A DNA stretch of 63,917 bases, counting the filler, from Octopus bimaculoides (Eukaryota), in the NCBI RefSeq assembly GCF_001194135.2. It is 10 parts of 10 records of this genome, joined end to end, with 100 filler letters (N's around TTAATTAATTAA, not from the genome) between each part and the next. Parts side by side here need not be neighbours in the genome. Positions count along the whole stretch, not along the records: positions 33,568 to 42,644 come from NC_068983.1; positions 42,745 to 51,461 come from NC_068998.1; 8 more parts are not named here. One strand, written 5' to 3'. Every line of letters starts with the position of its first letter. Positions within the stretch are counted from its first letter, which is position 1. Below the pieces are notes generated by a model. The model was not told the origin of the DNA. It worked only from the letters and a program-made list of their open reading frames with translations, and made no database searches. The position numbers were made by a program, and so were the translations under genes. This document shows, piece after piece, positions 36,578-50,585 of this stretch.

Positions 36578-38229
36578 GTTGTACGCGCTCGAATGCATGT
36601 GCATATGCCCGCATGTTTATGTATGCCTGTGTACGCGCTCGACTGAGTAAAGTAGTTGGTTACCTGCTTCTGGATCGTGAACTGAAGCCATACGCAGTTT
36701 GTGTAGTTAAACATTACAGTTAAATTGCCTGCTAAATATATCTTCAAAATACATTTTAATATTAAAGCGTCCGTTAAAGGATTGACCATATCTTCATCTA
36801 AACCGAGCAGCAGAAGAAATCTGAATGGACTTCATTACACTATTAAAGTCATAGAGATGTGAGGTAGTGGACGGAGTTGGGGGTTGGTTATTATGGATAG
36901 GTTTCGTTTTCACGCGGTTGATCAGAATGAAGTGAGAGTTTTCAGTATGGCTGCTAACATCCTTTTGTGCAAAATTTGCCTTACTAAACGAGATGTATAC
37001 AAAATCTCATTGAAGCTGGTTAGAAGTGAAAACCGGATATAGAATAGAAGAACCATTTCCGATTTGCTACGTTCTGTTAGGTTGTTGGTTTTGAAGTAAA
37101 ACAAAGTCCACTTTGAAAAGAGTAATCAACTAAGAAACGAGACATTTTCGGTAACACCGAAATGGATAAACAGATTTCTAGCGATGGAAAATAAATTGAC
37201 TGTGAAATAGTCAATAAAAGTAGCGTGCGTTTGTGTTATGAAACAAGCAACAATCTATTTATACTCGTTTTGTCTCCGCTGATTGCCTTCATTTGATAAA
37301 ATGTTTGTCGCCATTAAGGAAAAATCGAACAAAGTTAACACTTTTATGCCGTATATGATTTCCATAACAGAAACATGTTTGTTTTTGGAAGTATTTTTTT
37401 TCGGGAGGATGTCTCTTTATTTCTGTATGTTCTTGTTGGCATTTTTTTATTTATTTCTTTACATGTTTTTATCTTTAGATATAAATGTTGTTGTTGGCGG
37501 TGGTCGAGGTGAAAGTTTATGGTAGCGGTAACGACGGCGGGGAAAAAACCAAAATGCCATATCAGGAAATTCGCACACTTACATGACCGAGCTACAAAGG
37601 AAACACAATGTACATTATTTGTGTTTTCCTTACTTGTTGTTCCTATTTTCTCCTAATGTTTATTTATCTACCGTTAAATGCCGTCCATCGTTTATCGAGT
37701 CGTGTTTGAAGACTAAAATGACATTATCAGAGACGAGGTAATCGTGTATTTTTGTAACATAGTAGTGAGATGTTGATATCAAGCTTTTATTTTTCTGTAA
37801 TTCTTCATCGTCACAAGATTAACTCCGTATATTATAAAGTAAGTAGTAAAGTTTTTGGCGAGCAAAATCTTCCACCTGCTTTCTATTCTCTTATGGAGGC
37901 ATTTCGCTTCAAAGTTCCAAATCTCTCTCAAGCTAATAACAAAATAACTTTCCCCTCGGGAATCTGTGTAGGATACATACATACATACATACATACATAC
38001 ATACATACATACATACCTGTGTGTGTGTGTGTGTGTGTGTACATACATCGATAGATAGATAGATAGATAGATACACTCATGCATCGATAGATACATACAT
38101 ACATACATACAGGTATACATACATACATACATACACACACATACATACATACATACATACATACATTCATACATACATACACACATACATACATTCATTC
38201 ATATATACATACATGCATACATACACACA

Positions 38230-38271
<42 letters not shown>

Positions 38272-38911
38272 CATGCATGTATGCATGCATAATACATACA
38301 TAATATATATACACACACATACATGCATGTATGTATGCATGCATGCATGCATACATAAATGAGTCCTTTCCTGTTAAGCCGATTTCGACTCTTTCATCTT
38401 CTTTTGTCGTAGGACTACCGAAGCAGTTGAGAAGTAGCCATGATGTTTTACATCTGATCATAAATATCCTTTACACTTGGCCGAATTAAATATTGACTCC
38501 CTATGTTTAAAATCGAAAGAAGTGAGTGCCAATATTATATCAATCTCCTGTCATATTGATCCCAAATTGAACGAGATGAGATTTACAGGAAAGAGGAAAT
38601 GAAACGGACATTCATAAATCTTTCATTCAGTGGCATTAATAGTGTTCGAGAATCGAAACCGAATCGTCGGTTCAAGTAAATAAATAAATGGATGTTGTAA
38701 TAAATAAATTTTGATGATCAGTTTTCCAGTTGTTCGATGAAATCCAACGATCTTCGAACAGAATTATAATGGAAATGGTTGAATTTGTCATAGACTGCGG
38801 TATGTCGACGGAAAGCCAAGGCAGTATCTGCCAAAACATTGTGTTTCAGTATAGACGCTTAGGATTACAGCTACAAACCATGCCGGAATCGATCTTTGTA
38901 CTCTCAGCTGG

Positions 38912-38967
<56 letters not shown>

Positions 38968-39270
38968 CCACCATCATCACCACAACCACCAACATCACCA
39001 CCACCACCATCATCACCATCACCACCATCATCACCACAACCATCGTCATCACCACCACAACCATCGTCATCACCACCACCATCATTATCATCACCACCAC
39101 CATCATCACCATCACCACCATCATCATCACCATCAATATCTTCTTCTTCTTCTTCTTCTTCTTATTCTTCTTCGTCTTCTTCTTCTTCTTCTTCTTCTTC
39201 TTCTTCTTCTTCTCCTTCTTCTTCTTCTCCTTCTTCTTTTCCTTCTTCTTTTTTCTTTTTTTTTCTCCTT
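38912..39270. repeat. Compound (CAT/CAC)n + (CTT)n trinucleotide array
   Basis: Direct sequence; explains the poly-I/T/F/S/R ORFs. Confidence 0.95.
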
Positions 39271-39285
39271 CTTGACATCACTGTC

Positions 39286-39515
39286 TGGAGTCATAGCTTG
39301 CATAGGGCCGGTTTTCATGGTATAGTGCCCGAGATCACAATATTCTCCTTGAATAGGACACCATTTTGTTGCAGAGTTACCCATTTACGGCCGAGTGGAC
39401 TGGAGCAACGTGAAATACAGTGTTTTGCTCAAGAACGCAGCGTACTGCGCGGTCTGCGAATCGGAACCACCATCTTGCGACCGTCTGCGCAACACCGCGA
39501 TCCCTAGACCACATG
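39286..39515 (-). mobile_element. SINE family C copy
   Basis: Minus strand: CATGTGGTCTAGGG, GGTTCCGATTCG, GTTCTTGAGCAAAACACTGTATTTCACGTTGCTCCAGTCCACTCGGCCGTAAATGG. Confidence 0.8.
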
Positions 39516-39900
39516 TTTTCACTTGTCACAGAGGGATCAATAAAATAAGTACCAGTAATATATTGTGAATTCAAATTAATCCTTACCGAGGTTAATTGGT
39601 TTGGTGCCTGCATGCACAAATCTCGGTATATTGTTATTCAAACAAAGAGATTTAATGCTATCGCCAAACTTCCTTTTCTTCTGCTAATTTTCTTTATCCT
39701 TAGTTTTCAATATGCTATTCTACCTGCGGGGTATAATTTGGCACACAGTGAAGTTTTCACATATTGAAAATATTCTGAGGTTTCCATACCGAATTAAGGA
39801 CAACCAATTGAAATTTTGTAAGTTAAGCCATTATTCTCAGCTAACTTGATGGTCCGCCAACAAAATTATACTCGAGGGCGTCTTAATTAGGCGCATTTAC

Positions 39901-40055
39901 AAGGCGAAGATTTGGCAGAATCGTTAGCACACCGGGCGAAATACTGAGCGGTATCTCGTCTGTCCTTACATTCTGAGTTCAAATTCCACCGAGGTCGGCT
40001 TTGCCTTTCATCCTTTCGGGGTCGATGTTTAGCCCCCTGTGGGCAATAAAGAAAC
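39901..40055 (+). mobile_element. SINE family A copy, 3' internal deletion, followed by (ATT)n
   Basis: Intact head and B box; GGGGTCGAT joins directly to GTTTAGCCCCCTGTGGGCAATAAAGAAA. Confidence 0.88.
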
Positions 40056-40057
40056 AA

Positions 40058-40099
<42 letters not shown>

Positions 40100-40262
40100 A
40101 AGGCGAGACAGTAAGCTGGCAGAATCGTTAGCACACCGGGCGAAATGCTGAGCGGGGTCGATAAAAAAGAGCAACAGTCAATTAGTGTGGTTGATGTAAT
40201 TGACTTGACCCCACGACCCTTGGAAATTGCTGGCCTTGTGCTAACATTTCGAAGAATTATTT
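40100..40262 (+). mobile_element. SINE family A copy, central deletion removing the B box
   Basis: GCTGAGCGG joins GGTCGATAAAA; tail GAAATTGCTGGCCTTGTGCTAACATTTCGAA. Confidence 0.85.
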
Positions 40263-40437
40263 GCATTTCTCTTCTTTAGTCCGAAGGGTTTCTTTTTATT
40301 TATGTATTTGCATGCCTGCGTTTATGTGCGCGTACGATTCTTTCTGTGGATTTTTAAGTAAATCTGGAGAGCAAGTATAGCCAAACGGGTAACGGGCCGA
40401 ATAACCGGCTGTGTGGTCGTCAGTTCGAATCATTCCA

Positions 40438-40509
<72 letters not shown>

Positions 40510-40758
40510 ATACATACATATACATACAAATATATATGTATGTATGTACCTATGTATAGCTGGATGGATGGATGGATGGGTGGACAAGTATATATAGATT
40601 TACTACCGTGGATAACAGACACAAAAATCTCAGAGTGGCACCATAACGAACATTTTCACTTAAAGGAATACAACCTACACAGTTTATCCGCCATTCGTAA
40701 ATTAGAATGCATATGTATGTATGGAGAAATGACTAGCTAGATAGGTAAATAGGTACAC

Positions 40759-40842
<84 letters not shown>

Positions 40843-42644
40843 NNNNNNNNNNNNNNNNNNNNNNNNNNNNNNNNNNNNNNNNNNNNNNNNNNNNNNNNNN
40901 NNNNNNNNNNNNNNNNNNNNNNNNNNNNNNNNNNNNNNNNNNNNNNNNNNNNNNNNNNNNNNNNNNNNNNNNNNNNNNNNNNNNNNNNNNNNNNNNNNNN
41001 NNNNNNNNNNNNNNNNNNNNNNNNNNNNNNNNNNNNNNNNNNNNNNNNNNNNNNNNNNNNNNNNNNNNNNNNNNNNNNNNNNNNNNNNNNNNNNNNNNNN
41101 NNNNNNNNNNNNNNNNNNNNNNNNNNNNNNNNNNNNNNNNNNNNNNNNNNNNNNNNNNNNNNNNNNNNNNNNNNNNNNNNNNNNNNNNNNNNNNNNNNNN
41201 NNNNNNNNNNNNNNNNNNNNNNNNNNNNNNNNNNNNNNNNNNNNNNNNNNNNNNNNNNNNNNNNNNNNNNNNNNNNNNNNNNNNNNNNNNNNNNNNNNNN
41301 NNNNNNNNNNNNNNNNNNNNNNNNNNNNNNNNNNNNNNNNNNNNNNNNNNNNNNNNNNNNNNNNNNNNNNNNNNNNNNNNNNNNNNNNNNNNNNNNNNNN
41401 NNNNNNNNNNNNNNNNNNNNNNNNNNNNNNNNNNNNNNNNNNNNNNNNNNNNNNNNNNNNNNNNNNNNNNNNNNNNNNNNNNNNNNNNNNNNNNNNNNNN
41501 NNNNNNNNNNNNNNNNNNNNNNNNNNNNNNNNNNNNNNNNNNNNNNNNNNNNNNNNNNNNNNNNNNNNNNNNNNNNNNNNNNNNNNNNNNNNNNNNNNNN
41601 NNNNNNNNNNNNNNNNNNNNNNNNNNNNNNNNNNNNNNNNNNNNNNNNNNNNNNNNNNNNNNNNNNNNNNNNNNNNNNNNNNNNNNNNNNNNNNNNNNNN
41701 NNNNNNNNNNNNNNNATATATATATATATATATATACATATATGTATATATACATATGTACATATGTATATATATATATACATAAGTACATATATACACA
41801 TATATATATATGTGTGTATATATATATATATGTATATATATATATGTGTGTGCGCGTGTGTATGTATGTACGTGTAAATATATGTGTGTGTGAACGTTTA
41901 ATTAAATAGCTCAAATGATATAATGATATTGAGATAGACAACGTAAATTAGAAGATAAAGCAAACGAGAAAGGAATTGTATGAAGAGTTTTACGTTTAAT
42001 GTTTGTGTATGTATATGCATGCATGCGTTATAGTGAGAAGTACAGAAGATGGCGAAGAAAAAAAAGAAAGAGAGGAGGAAGAAGAACAAAAGAGTGGGAG
42101 AGTGATAATTGGCCTCCATCTGAGCGAAAGACGTTGATAATGTAACGGGATAGATGCGGAAAAGAATGGAAACAAACCAACAGATGAAATATGGTGTCTG
42201 AGCGGAATAAAAGATATCGCAAATAGAGGCCCATACGGACAGGCAAAAAAATTGAAGGCATGTGAGGGTAATGATGCGGATGTGTTGGTGGTGAGAAATT
42301 AAAGGAGGTTTTTATTAGTTATTAATTGGACGGAAAGGAGGCCTAGCACGAGTTATACATACAAACACACATAAAAGAATTGATATTAGATGAAATAACA
42401 ACAACAATATTAACAATAATAATGAAGGAACAAAAAAATGGGAAGGATGTCACTTAGGGGAGTGATGGACTAAAGAACCACGGGTGGCAAACTGAAAGAT
42501 TTCAAAACAAAGCAATGAATAGTAATGATGATGATGATGATGATAATAATAATAATGATAATAATAATAGAAGTAGAAAGTAAAGAGAATTTTGGAGAGG
42601 GAATAAGACAAACCCTAAAGAAAACAAGAAGTGACATTGAATAA

Positions 42645-42744
42645 NNNNNNNNNNNNNNNNNNNNNNNNNNNNNNNNNNNNNNNNNNNNTTAATTAATTAA
42701 NNNNNNNNNNNNNNNNNNNNNNNNNNNNNNNNNNNNNNNNNNNN
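42645..42744. other. Artificial scaffold join (44N-TTAATTAATTAA-44N)
   Basis: Same 100-bp linker. Confidence 0.97.
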
Positions 42745-42782
<38 letters not shown>

Positions 42783-42786
<4 letters not shown>

Positions 42787-42935
42787 GACGGGCTTCTTTC
42801 AGTTTCCGTTTCCCAAATCCACTCACAAGGATTTGGTCGGCCCGAGGCTATAGTAGAAGTGCCACGTAGTGGGATTGAGCCCAGAACAATATGGTTGTCA
42901 AACAAGCTTCATACCACACGGCTACGCCTGCGCCT
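42783..42935 (-). mobile_element. SINE family B 5' half (head plus core), ending in the (TA)n internal repeat
   Basis: ACGACGGGCTTCTTTCAGTTTCCG...CCACTCACAAGG...GTGGGATTGAGCCCAG...TACCACACGGCTACGCCTG. Confidence 0.88.
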
Positions 42936-44529
42936 ACTTTTTCTTGAAATTTTGCAGAGATATGCTTTCGACTGTGTAGACTACGATTATATTGCTCACA
43001 ATAATCTTTATTTTTGGGGGTGTTTGCATTGATTCCTCCCTTGTCCATTTTGTTTCGTCATACTACACTTTTAAATGTTTGTTTTGTAAAATTACGTTTT
43101 CCAGAGACGACATTACGTAATGCTGAAGTTCCAAGCACAAAAAAATAATGGGCCGTCTGAATTATTTGAAGGATAATGGAAGGGCTAGGTGCTGATTAAA
43201 GAGTAAAGGCTTTACCAACATCATTCCAACTGCGACCATACCATCTTTTCCTAATAGGTATATAAACCTCGAGGCATATTACTGAATGTTCGAAAAAGAT
43301 AGGTTATCCAACGGCCCAAAATCGTGACTAAATCGTCTTTGGTCATAGATCGATTCTATCGATCAAGGGCGACTTGACTCTAAAGAGCAACAAGGACAGT
43401 AGTAACAACCTACATATCACTATTTAAATACAGCCATTCAACCATATTGACCAAAACGAGTCCATTAGTCAACCTATTTCTCGGTTAATTTGTTAATTGA
43501 GAAGACGTCATTGTTATTTTTCTTTATTTCTGTTTTTGTTTTTTTCGGATGTTTTTCTCTGTCGTGTCTATAAACGAAAGATGTTTCTACTGATAATAGC
43601 AGATGATTAAGATGTTTCAGACTGTATCTATTGCTATATTGCCGCATCATTCCTACGGATTCTTCAATCTATGACGTTTCTACAGATAAATATCGGAATT
43701 ATAACTGAAGGGGTTGGACTGGGTCGAGATTTATCAGTTTAGTTTTCGGAATGAACGATAAAATATTTCATACAAACACGTATGTCTGTGTTTTTCGTAA
43801 TACTTCACTCCACTTGAAATCTTTCCACGTCTATTTATAGCAGCATCTTTTAGATACAACAACCATATCAGACGAATGCTAAACTGATAGGAATACTAAT
43901 CTATTGAAAAAAAAGGGATAGTCAGGCGAATGGGCAGACACTTGTATTGAAAAACGAATAGCTGGCGGGTCTGGCTTGGTCACAGTCTGCTGGCTTGAAC
44001 TAGTGAAACAGTAAAGAAATGCACTTATAAAAACACACACACACACATACACACACATGCACACAGATGCAAACTATCTGTTTCTCAATTAATCTATATC
44101 TTCAGTGTTAATATTAAATCTCTCTTTCCCCCACTTCTCAATCGTTCTCTCCTCCATTATCTTTTTCTCTCTCTCCCTTACTCTGTCTTTCTCTGCACCC
44201 ACCCTCTCTCTTTCTCTCGAAATACATGCGTGCGCGCGTGTGTTTGTAGATACAAGCATATATATAGATATAGATAGATATATAAAGTTCGACGACCGCG
44301 TCTAACATCCATTTTTGGCTTGTTGTAGAATGAATTGTGGTTACCAAATCAGCTCTGGTCGACTATACGTGTGTTCGACATGTTCTAAGTCGTACTCTTT
44401 ATAAGCTGGGTGCCTATGCTAACGCATATACATTTCATAGTGCGAGCTCACTATATTAACGTGGACTATAATTTCTTGAATGAAGTAAAAGTTTAGTTAC
44501 TTGAAATAATCATTATTATCATTATTTTT

Positions 44530-44740
44530 AAGGAGACAAGTTGGCAGATTCGTTAGCACGCCAGGTGAAACGCTAGGCGATATTTCGTCTGTCGGTACGT
44601 TCTGAGTTCAAATTCTGCTGAGGCCGACTTTGTCTTTCGAGGCCGATAAATTAAGGACCATTTGAGTACTGGGGTCGATGCAATCGACTTGACCCCCTCC
44701 TCCAAAGTTTCAGGCCTTGTGCCTATAGTAGTAAGGATCA
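44530..44740 (+). mobile_element. SINE family A, near full copy
   Basis: A box, GAGTTCAAATTC B box, GTCGATGCAATCGAC hairpin, TTTCAGGCCTTGTGCCTATAGTAG tail. Confidence 0.9.
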
Positions 44741-45149
44741 TTATCATTATTCTTATATTTTCGGTGTGCAAGCATACTTTGTCACAGAATAAACTCCACT
44801 ACTTTGCATAACTTGTGAAGTTTGCAAATACTCATAAATTAAAATTAGAGAATACTTTCAGCCATGATCATCCTCTTATCCTTCTTTTAAGGGGAAGCAA
44901 GAAACATATCATACAATATGTCCTTCCCCTTCTTGACAACAAAAGAATGTGATTTAATGAAAGTTCGGCTGCTATTAATGATCAATCGCTTATAGATTGC
45001 AAGGTCAAATGTTTCACAATAATCAGTTTCGCACCTTCAAGTATTTATTGTTTAATCTTTCGACATCGTCTCTTTTTGGATGTTATTAGATTAAATTAAC
45101 AAAAAAAGAACTATGTTTTAAATGTAAAAATGTAGAGCTATCTTGTATT

Positions 45150-45275
45150 TTATTCAATTACTCGGACGGCGCTGGACACTGCCTAGAAAGGTTTAGGGAT
45201 CAAATCGACGCAAATACTTATTATTTTAAAGTCTAGTATATATTTTGTTTTGCCTAACCGCATAGTCACGCAAGG
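45150..45275 (-). mobile_element. SINE family B tail, diverged
   Basis: GACGGCGCTGGACACTGCC...CAAATCGACGCAAATACTTATT matches 8060-8120 loosely. Confidence 0.55.
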
Positions 45276-48136
45276 AGTAGTTGAACAAAGGAAAGTAGCA
45301 CAAAATACATTTATTTTGAATTGTAAACTGACTCAGCCCGACATATCTTAAAGATTCGGGGTCGTCTAACACTTCCATACCATCAGATATTCAAATTCAG
45401 GTTGGTGAGAATTTAAGATACATTCTTAAAAGACTTGTATGTGAGGAAGCATAAGCGTCCATTGTACACGTTAGATTGCATATGAGCTTTAGCCAGGCAG
45501 CGACAACAGGTTTTTCGCTACTTCCTTCAGTGCTGCCGTCATTTTGAGGACGGAAAAGCCGTTGTCGCTGGTTAGCGAAATCATTCACGTGACATGAACT
45601 GATCAATTGTGATCTAAGTATTCTCACCAAGAAACCATTCTATTTTTTGTAAAGTTCTGTTTACCCTGGCTCCACACATCTGTCGATGTTAAGCACAAAA
45701 CTTGAAGTAATAAAAGAGTGAGCCAATCTACTTTTTCTCTCTCTCTCTCCATCTCTTTTTATTTCTTTCCCTCTCAATCTATTAATCTACCTTTGTATCT
45801 GTCTCTCTGCTTTTCCCTCCTTACAAACATACATATACACATACAAACACACGTACATTACAAATACGCGCGTGCGCACAGACGCACATTCACACAACTA
45901 CATGTAGAAATANNNNNNNNNNNNNNNNNNNNNNNNNNNNNNNNNNNNNNNNNNNNNNNNNNNNNNNNNNNNNNNNNNNNNNNNNNNNNNNNNNNNNNNN
46001 NNNNNNNNNNNNNNNNNNNNNNNNNNNNNNNNNNNNNNNNNNNNNNNNNNNNNNNNNNNNNNNNNNNNNNNNNNNNNNNNNNNNNNNNNNNNNNNNNNNN
46101 NNNNNNNNNNNNNNNNNNNNNNNNNNNNNNNNNNNNNNCCATAGGTAAATATTAGTGTCTATAAATTACAAAAAGAAAAGAACTCAAAGTAAGATGTAGA
46201 TTTAATACGTTCTGTCTAAAAGCTGAGAGTTCACACATTAAAACTAACTGGTTTTATCATTCCTAGTCTTACGTATATGTTTTATAAAATCGGAAATGTG
46301 AAACTATTTTGTTTAATTTGGGAAGTATCAGCTGCTAATTTAAAACTATAAATACACACACACACATTCTCCCCAACCTACACATATATTCATACAGTGA
46401 GTGAAAGCGTTTGATGCATTTATATATGCGAGTAGATCTGTCTCTATATGTACGCATGTACACACGTGCGTGTAGAAATATTTGTATGAATTTATTTATA
46501 TATACACAAACATAGGTATCTACATACATACGTGTGTGCGTATGTATGCGTGTGTCTATGTTTATATGCATATATACGTGTGCATATAAGTGTCTGTGTG
46601 TGTGTGTATATGGCAAACTAACTACATACCAGCACGCTGACATAAGGAAGAAGCGAGTATGACACGATAAGGTGATAGTTACTGTTTCACGAATCGAAAC
46701 TCATTATAAATCTCCATTTATGTATATATTTCTTTGGCAGTCATATTTGGAGCAGTAGGCAATGGTGCCAACATATTAAAAACAATGCATCCATTTGCAT
46801 AAATTCTTAAAGAAACGATCTCCCTTCATAATTCATCGAATATGGAAGAATTCAGACAAATACATGGTCCAGTGGTTAAAGTGCCATCTTCACGTTTAGC
46901 ACGTTCGCTTTCGATCGCACTGCGTTGAACATTAGCTGTATGTATTCTACAATAGATACAGGTTGTCCCAAATGTAGTGAGAGAAAGGCACACACTCGTC
47001 AGGTGGATTGGTTATTTTATTGGGCGATCTACTGCGAAGATGACCACTAACTATATCTCAGCTTTTAAATAATGTCTGAGGGTTTCCGCTTTATGTAGCT
47101 TTGCGTCTATTTCCCTTAGCTAAAGAGACATCCCTTTATGCCTTGTCTAGTCTCTGATGCTCTGTAAAGATCAGGATCTTGAAAAATTATCTTCTATCTC
47201 GCCGAAGTCATGATGTAATTAGATGAAATTGTTTCAAGATGTTGAGATTTAAATGGCGAATAATTGTAGTAAACGATCTTACGACAGCTAGGAGACGAAA
47301 TATTCATTTATAATTTTTTTTCTCCTTTTAGAAAATTGCCCCTGGACAGGTCGATATTTTAAACAAACAGTAATGACAAAAACCAATTGAGGAGATACGC
47401 TCACACACACACACACACGTACCCACGCACGCACACACACACACACATACACACATACATACACGAACGCACACACATGTGTATTCGTATGTAACCATAT
47501 AACGCCATATACTTTTCCTGTCTCGCTTTGTGTCTGAATGTTTCTCTCTTTGCTCAATCTCTTTCTCCCTCCACACTCTCTCTCTCCAAACATGTGCTTG
47601 TGTGTGTGCATANNNNNNNNNNNNNNNNNNNNNNNNNNNNNNNNNNNNNNNNNNNNNNNNNNNNNNNNNNNNNNNNNNNNNNNNNNNNNNNNNNNNNNNN
47701 NNNNNNNNNNNNNNNNNNNNNNNNNNNNNNNNNNNNNNNNNNNNNNNNNNNNNNNNNNNNNNNNNNNNNNNNNNNNNNNNNNNNNNNNNNNNNNNNNNNN
47801 NNNNNNNNNNNNNNNNNNNNNNNNNNNNNNNNNNNNNNNNNNNNNNNNNNNNNNNNNNNNNNNNNNNNNNNNNNNNNNNNNNNNNNNNNNNNNNNNNNNN
47901 NNNNNNNNNNNNNNNNNNNNNNNNNNNNNNNNNNNNNNNNNNNNNNNNNNNNNNNNNNNNNNNNNNNNNNNNNNNNNNNNNNNNNNNNNNNNNNNNNNNN
48001 NNNNNNNNNNNNNNNNNNNNNNNNNNNNNNNNNNNNNNNNNNNNNNNNNNNNNNNNNNNNNNNNNNNNNNNNNNNNNNNNNNNNNNNNNNNNNNNNNNNN
48101 NNNNNNNNNNNNNNNNNNNNNNNNNNNNNNNNNNNN

Positions 48137-48190
<54 letters not shown>

Positions 48191-48965
48191 TACATAATAC
48201 ACATATTTGTATATATGTATGTATGTGTGTGTATATATGTATGGAAGTATGTATGTATAGTTATGCATACTCACTAATGTAGACATATATGTATGTACTT
48301 GCAAATGAGTTACTTTTGTATATGTATGTATTTGTGTTTGGATAGTTTTTTAGTTTTATTTAAGTCGCTATAACAGAGTATTTTTATATGTAAAGACAAA
48401 CAACATCTACCAAAAACAAACACGCCATTTCTGTACACTTTATAAAATCAATAAAAAACTACCACATTTTCTGCCACCTCAGCCACCTACTACCCACCAC
48501 CATCTCCACGACCAACACTATTAACAACAACAACAACAGCAACTACAACAACAACAGCACCAACAACAATCACAACAAAAACAACAGCTGTGACAACAAC
48601 AACACCTCCAAAATAGCCTCCAGCCACTCTAGCTCCTTTCTCTATCTTCCCCTCTGCTTATCCGACTCCCAATCACGTTTGCTTCCAACATCATACCAAT
48701 GTGAATATCGATCGAAGTTGACTTTACTGTTCGAAGCTATTGGTGTGTTTCGGCAAATGCTATCAAACAATGTTTCTTACTCAGAACGAGGCTGTGCACT
48801 GCGCGGTCAGACATGAGACCATACAGTCTGCCACGTGCGGTGGAATGCCACTCATATCAGCACATTGCCAAACATAAGACAACCACGTATATACAATCGT
48901 GATAGGCTTTGCGCATACTACATATATAGATACATACATACAAAGAGATATACATACGTACGTAC

Positions 48966-49002
<37 letters not shown>

Positions 49003-50384
49003 NNNNNNNNNNNNNNNNNNNNNNNNNNNNNNNNNNNNNNNNNNNNNNNNNNNNNNNNNNNNNNNNNNNNNNNNNNNNNNNNNNNNNNNNNNNNNNNNNN
49101 NNNNNNNNNNNNNNNNNNNNNNNNNNNNNNNNNNNNNNNNNNNNNNNNNNNNNNNNNNNNNNNNNNNNNNNNNNNNNNNNNNNNNNNNNNNNNNNNNNNN
49201 NNNNNNNNNNNNNNNNNNNNNNNNNNNNNNNNNNNNNNNNNNNNNNNNNNNNNNNNNNNNNNNNNNNNNNNNNNNNNNNNNNNNNNNNNNNNNNNNNNNN
49301 NNNNNNNNNNNNNNNNNNNNNNNNNNNNNNNNNNNNNNNNNNNNNNNNNNNNNNNNNNNNNNNNNNNNNNNNNNNNNNNNNNNNNNNNNNNNNNNNNNNN
49401 NNNNNNNNNNNNNNNNNNNNNNNNNNNNNNNNNNNNNNNNNNNNNNNNNNNNNNNNNNNNNNNNNNNNNNNNNNNNNNNNNNNNNNNNNNNNNNNNNNNN
49501 NNNNNNNNNNNNNNNNNNNNNNNNNNNNNNNNNNNNNNNNNNNNNNNNNNNNNNNNNNNNNNNNNNNNNNNNNNNNNNNNNNNNNNNNNNNNNNNNNNNN
49601 NNNNNNNNNNNNNNNNNNNNNNNNNNNNNNNNNNNNNNNNNNNNNNNNNNNNNNNNNNNNNNNNNNNNNNNNNNNNNNNNNNNNNNNNNNNNNNNNNNNN
49701 NNNNNNNNNNNNNNNNNNNNNNNNNNNNNNNNNNNNNNNNNNNNNNNNNNNNNNNNNNNNNNNNNNNNNNNNNNNNNNNNNNNNNNNNNNNNNNNNNNNN
49801 NNNNNNNNNNNNNNNNNNNNNNNNNNNNNNNNNNNNNNNNNNNNNNNNNNNNNNNNNNNNNNNNNNAGAGAGAGAGGGAGAGAGAGAGAGAGATAGAAAG
49901 AGAGAAATAGAGAGAGAGAGTCAGATAGACAGACAGAGACAGAGAGCGTGCGAGAGAGTGAAAGAGAACATGCGAGAAAGAGAGAGGGAGACAAAGATAG
50001 TCGTGTGTAGTTTCTTGGCAATGATTTGAACACATTTTGTTTTCTATCAAATGCTATTTGAAATACTATGTGGATGAAGAGAGCTGAAATGTTAGGTTGG
50101 TAGTAAGGGTTAGTAAGGGTTAGTAAGGGTTGAGGCTCACAGCGTTGCGCATTTGGCAAGTGCTTTTTAGTATAGCCGCCCCAGGTAGACAAAAGCCTTT
50201 TGAATGGAATTGATTGACGGTAACTGAAAAAACGCGTCGTATATATACATGCATTCACTCGTACATATGTGTGTATGTATATTTGTATATAAATGTATAT
50301 CTATCTAGACACACACACGCACATATATATATATATATATATATACGCATACATGTACACGTGTGTGACTTTGTATTTATGGCT

Positions 50385-50585
50385 GTCTATCACCACCGCT
50401 TGATAACCGGTAGGGATTTCTTTATGTCTCTTTAACATAGCAACAAGGCAAAAAGTGAACAATACAATAAGTACATGGCTTAAAGCAAAAAGCACTGCGG
50501 TCGGTTCGTTCGGCAAAAAATCTTTGAAGGTGAAGCCTCAGAATGGCCGCAATCCAATGACTGAAACAAGTAAACGATGATAAAC
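50385..50585 (+). mobile_element. SINE family B 3' half, diverged
   Basis: CACCACCGCTTGATAACCGG...CAGAATGGCCGCAATCCAATGACTGAAACAAGTAAA. Confidence 0.75.

Noticed and set aside
38413-38799. Two segments with good-looking splice sites (38413-38521 and 38730-38799)
   Set aside because: The first has stops in all frames and the two do not join into an open frame; at best UTR exons, with no further support
38730-39507. Poly-Ile/Thr/Phe and Ser/Pro-rich ORFs
   Set aside because: (CAT)n+(CTT)n array running into a SINE
46740-46800. GPCR TM1-like peptide IFGAVGNGANIL after an acceptor
   Set aside because: Stop codon within 20 residues and no donor; probably chance
50096-50135. (TAGTAAGGGT)x3 as a telomere variant
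   Set aside because: A short local 10-bp tandem repeat with no further support
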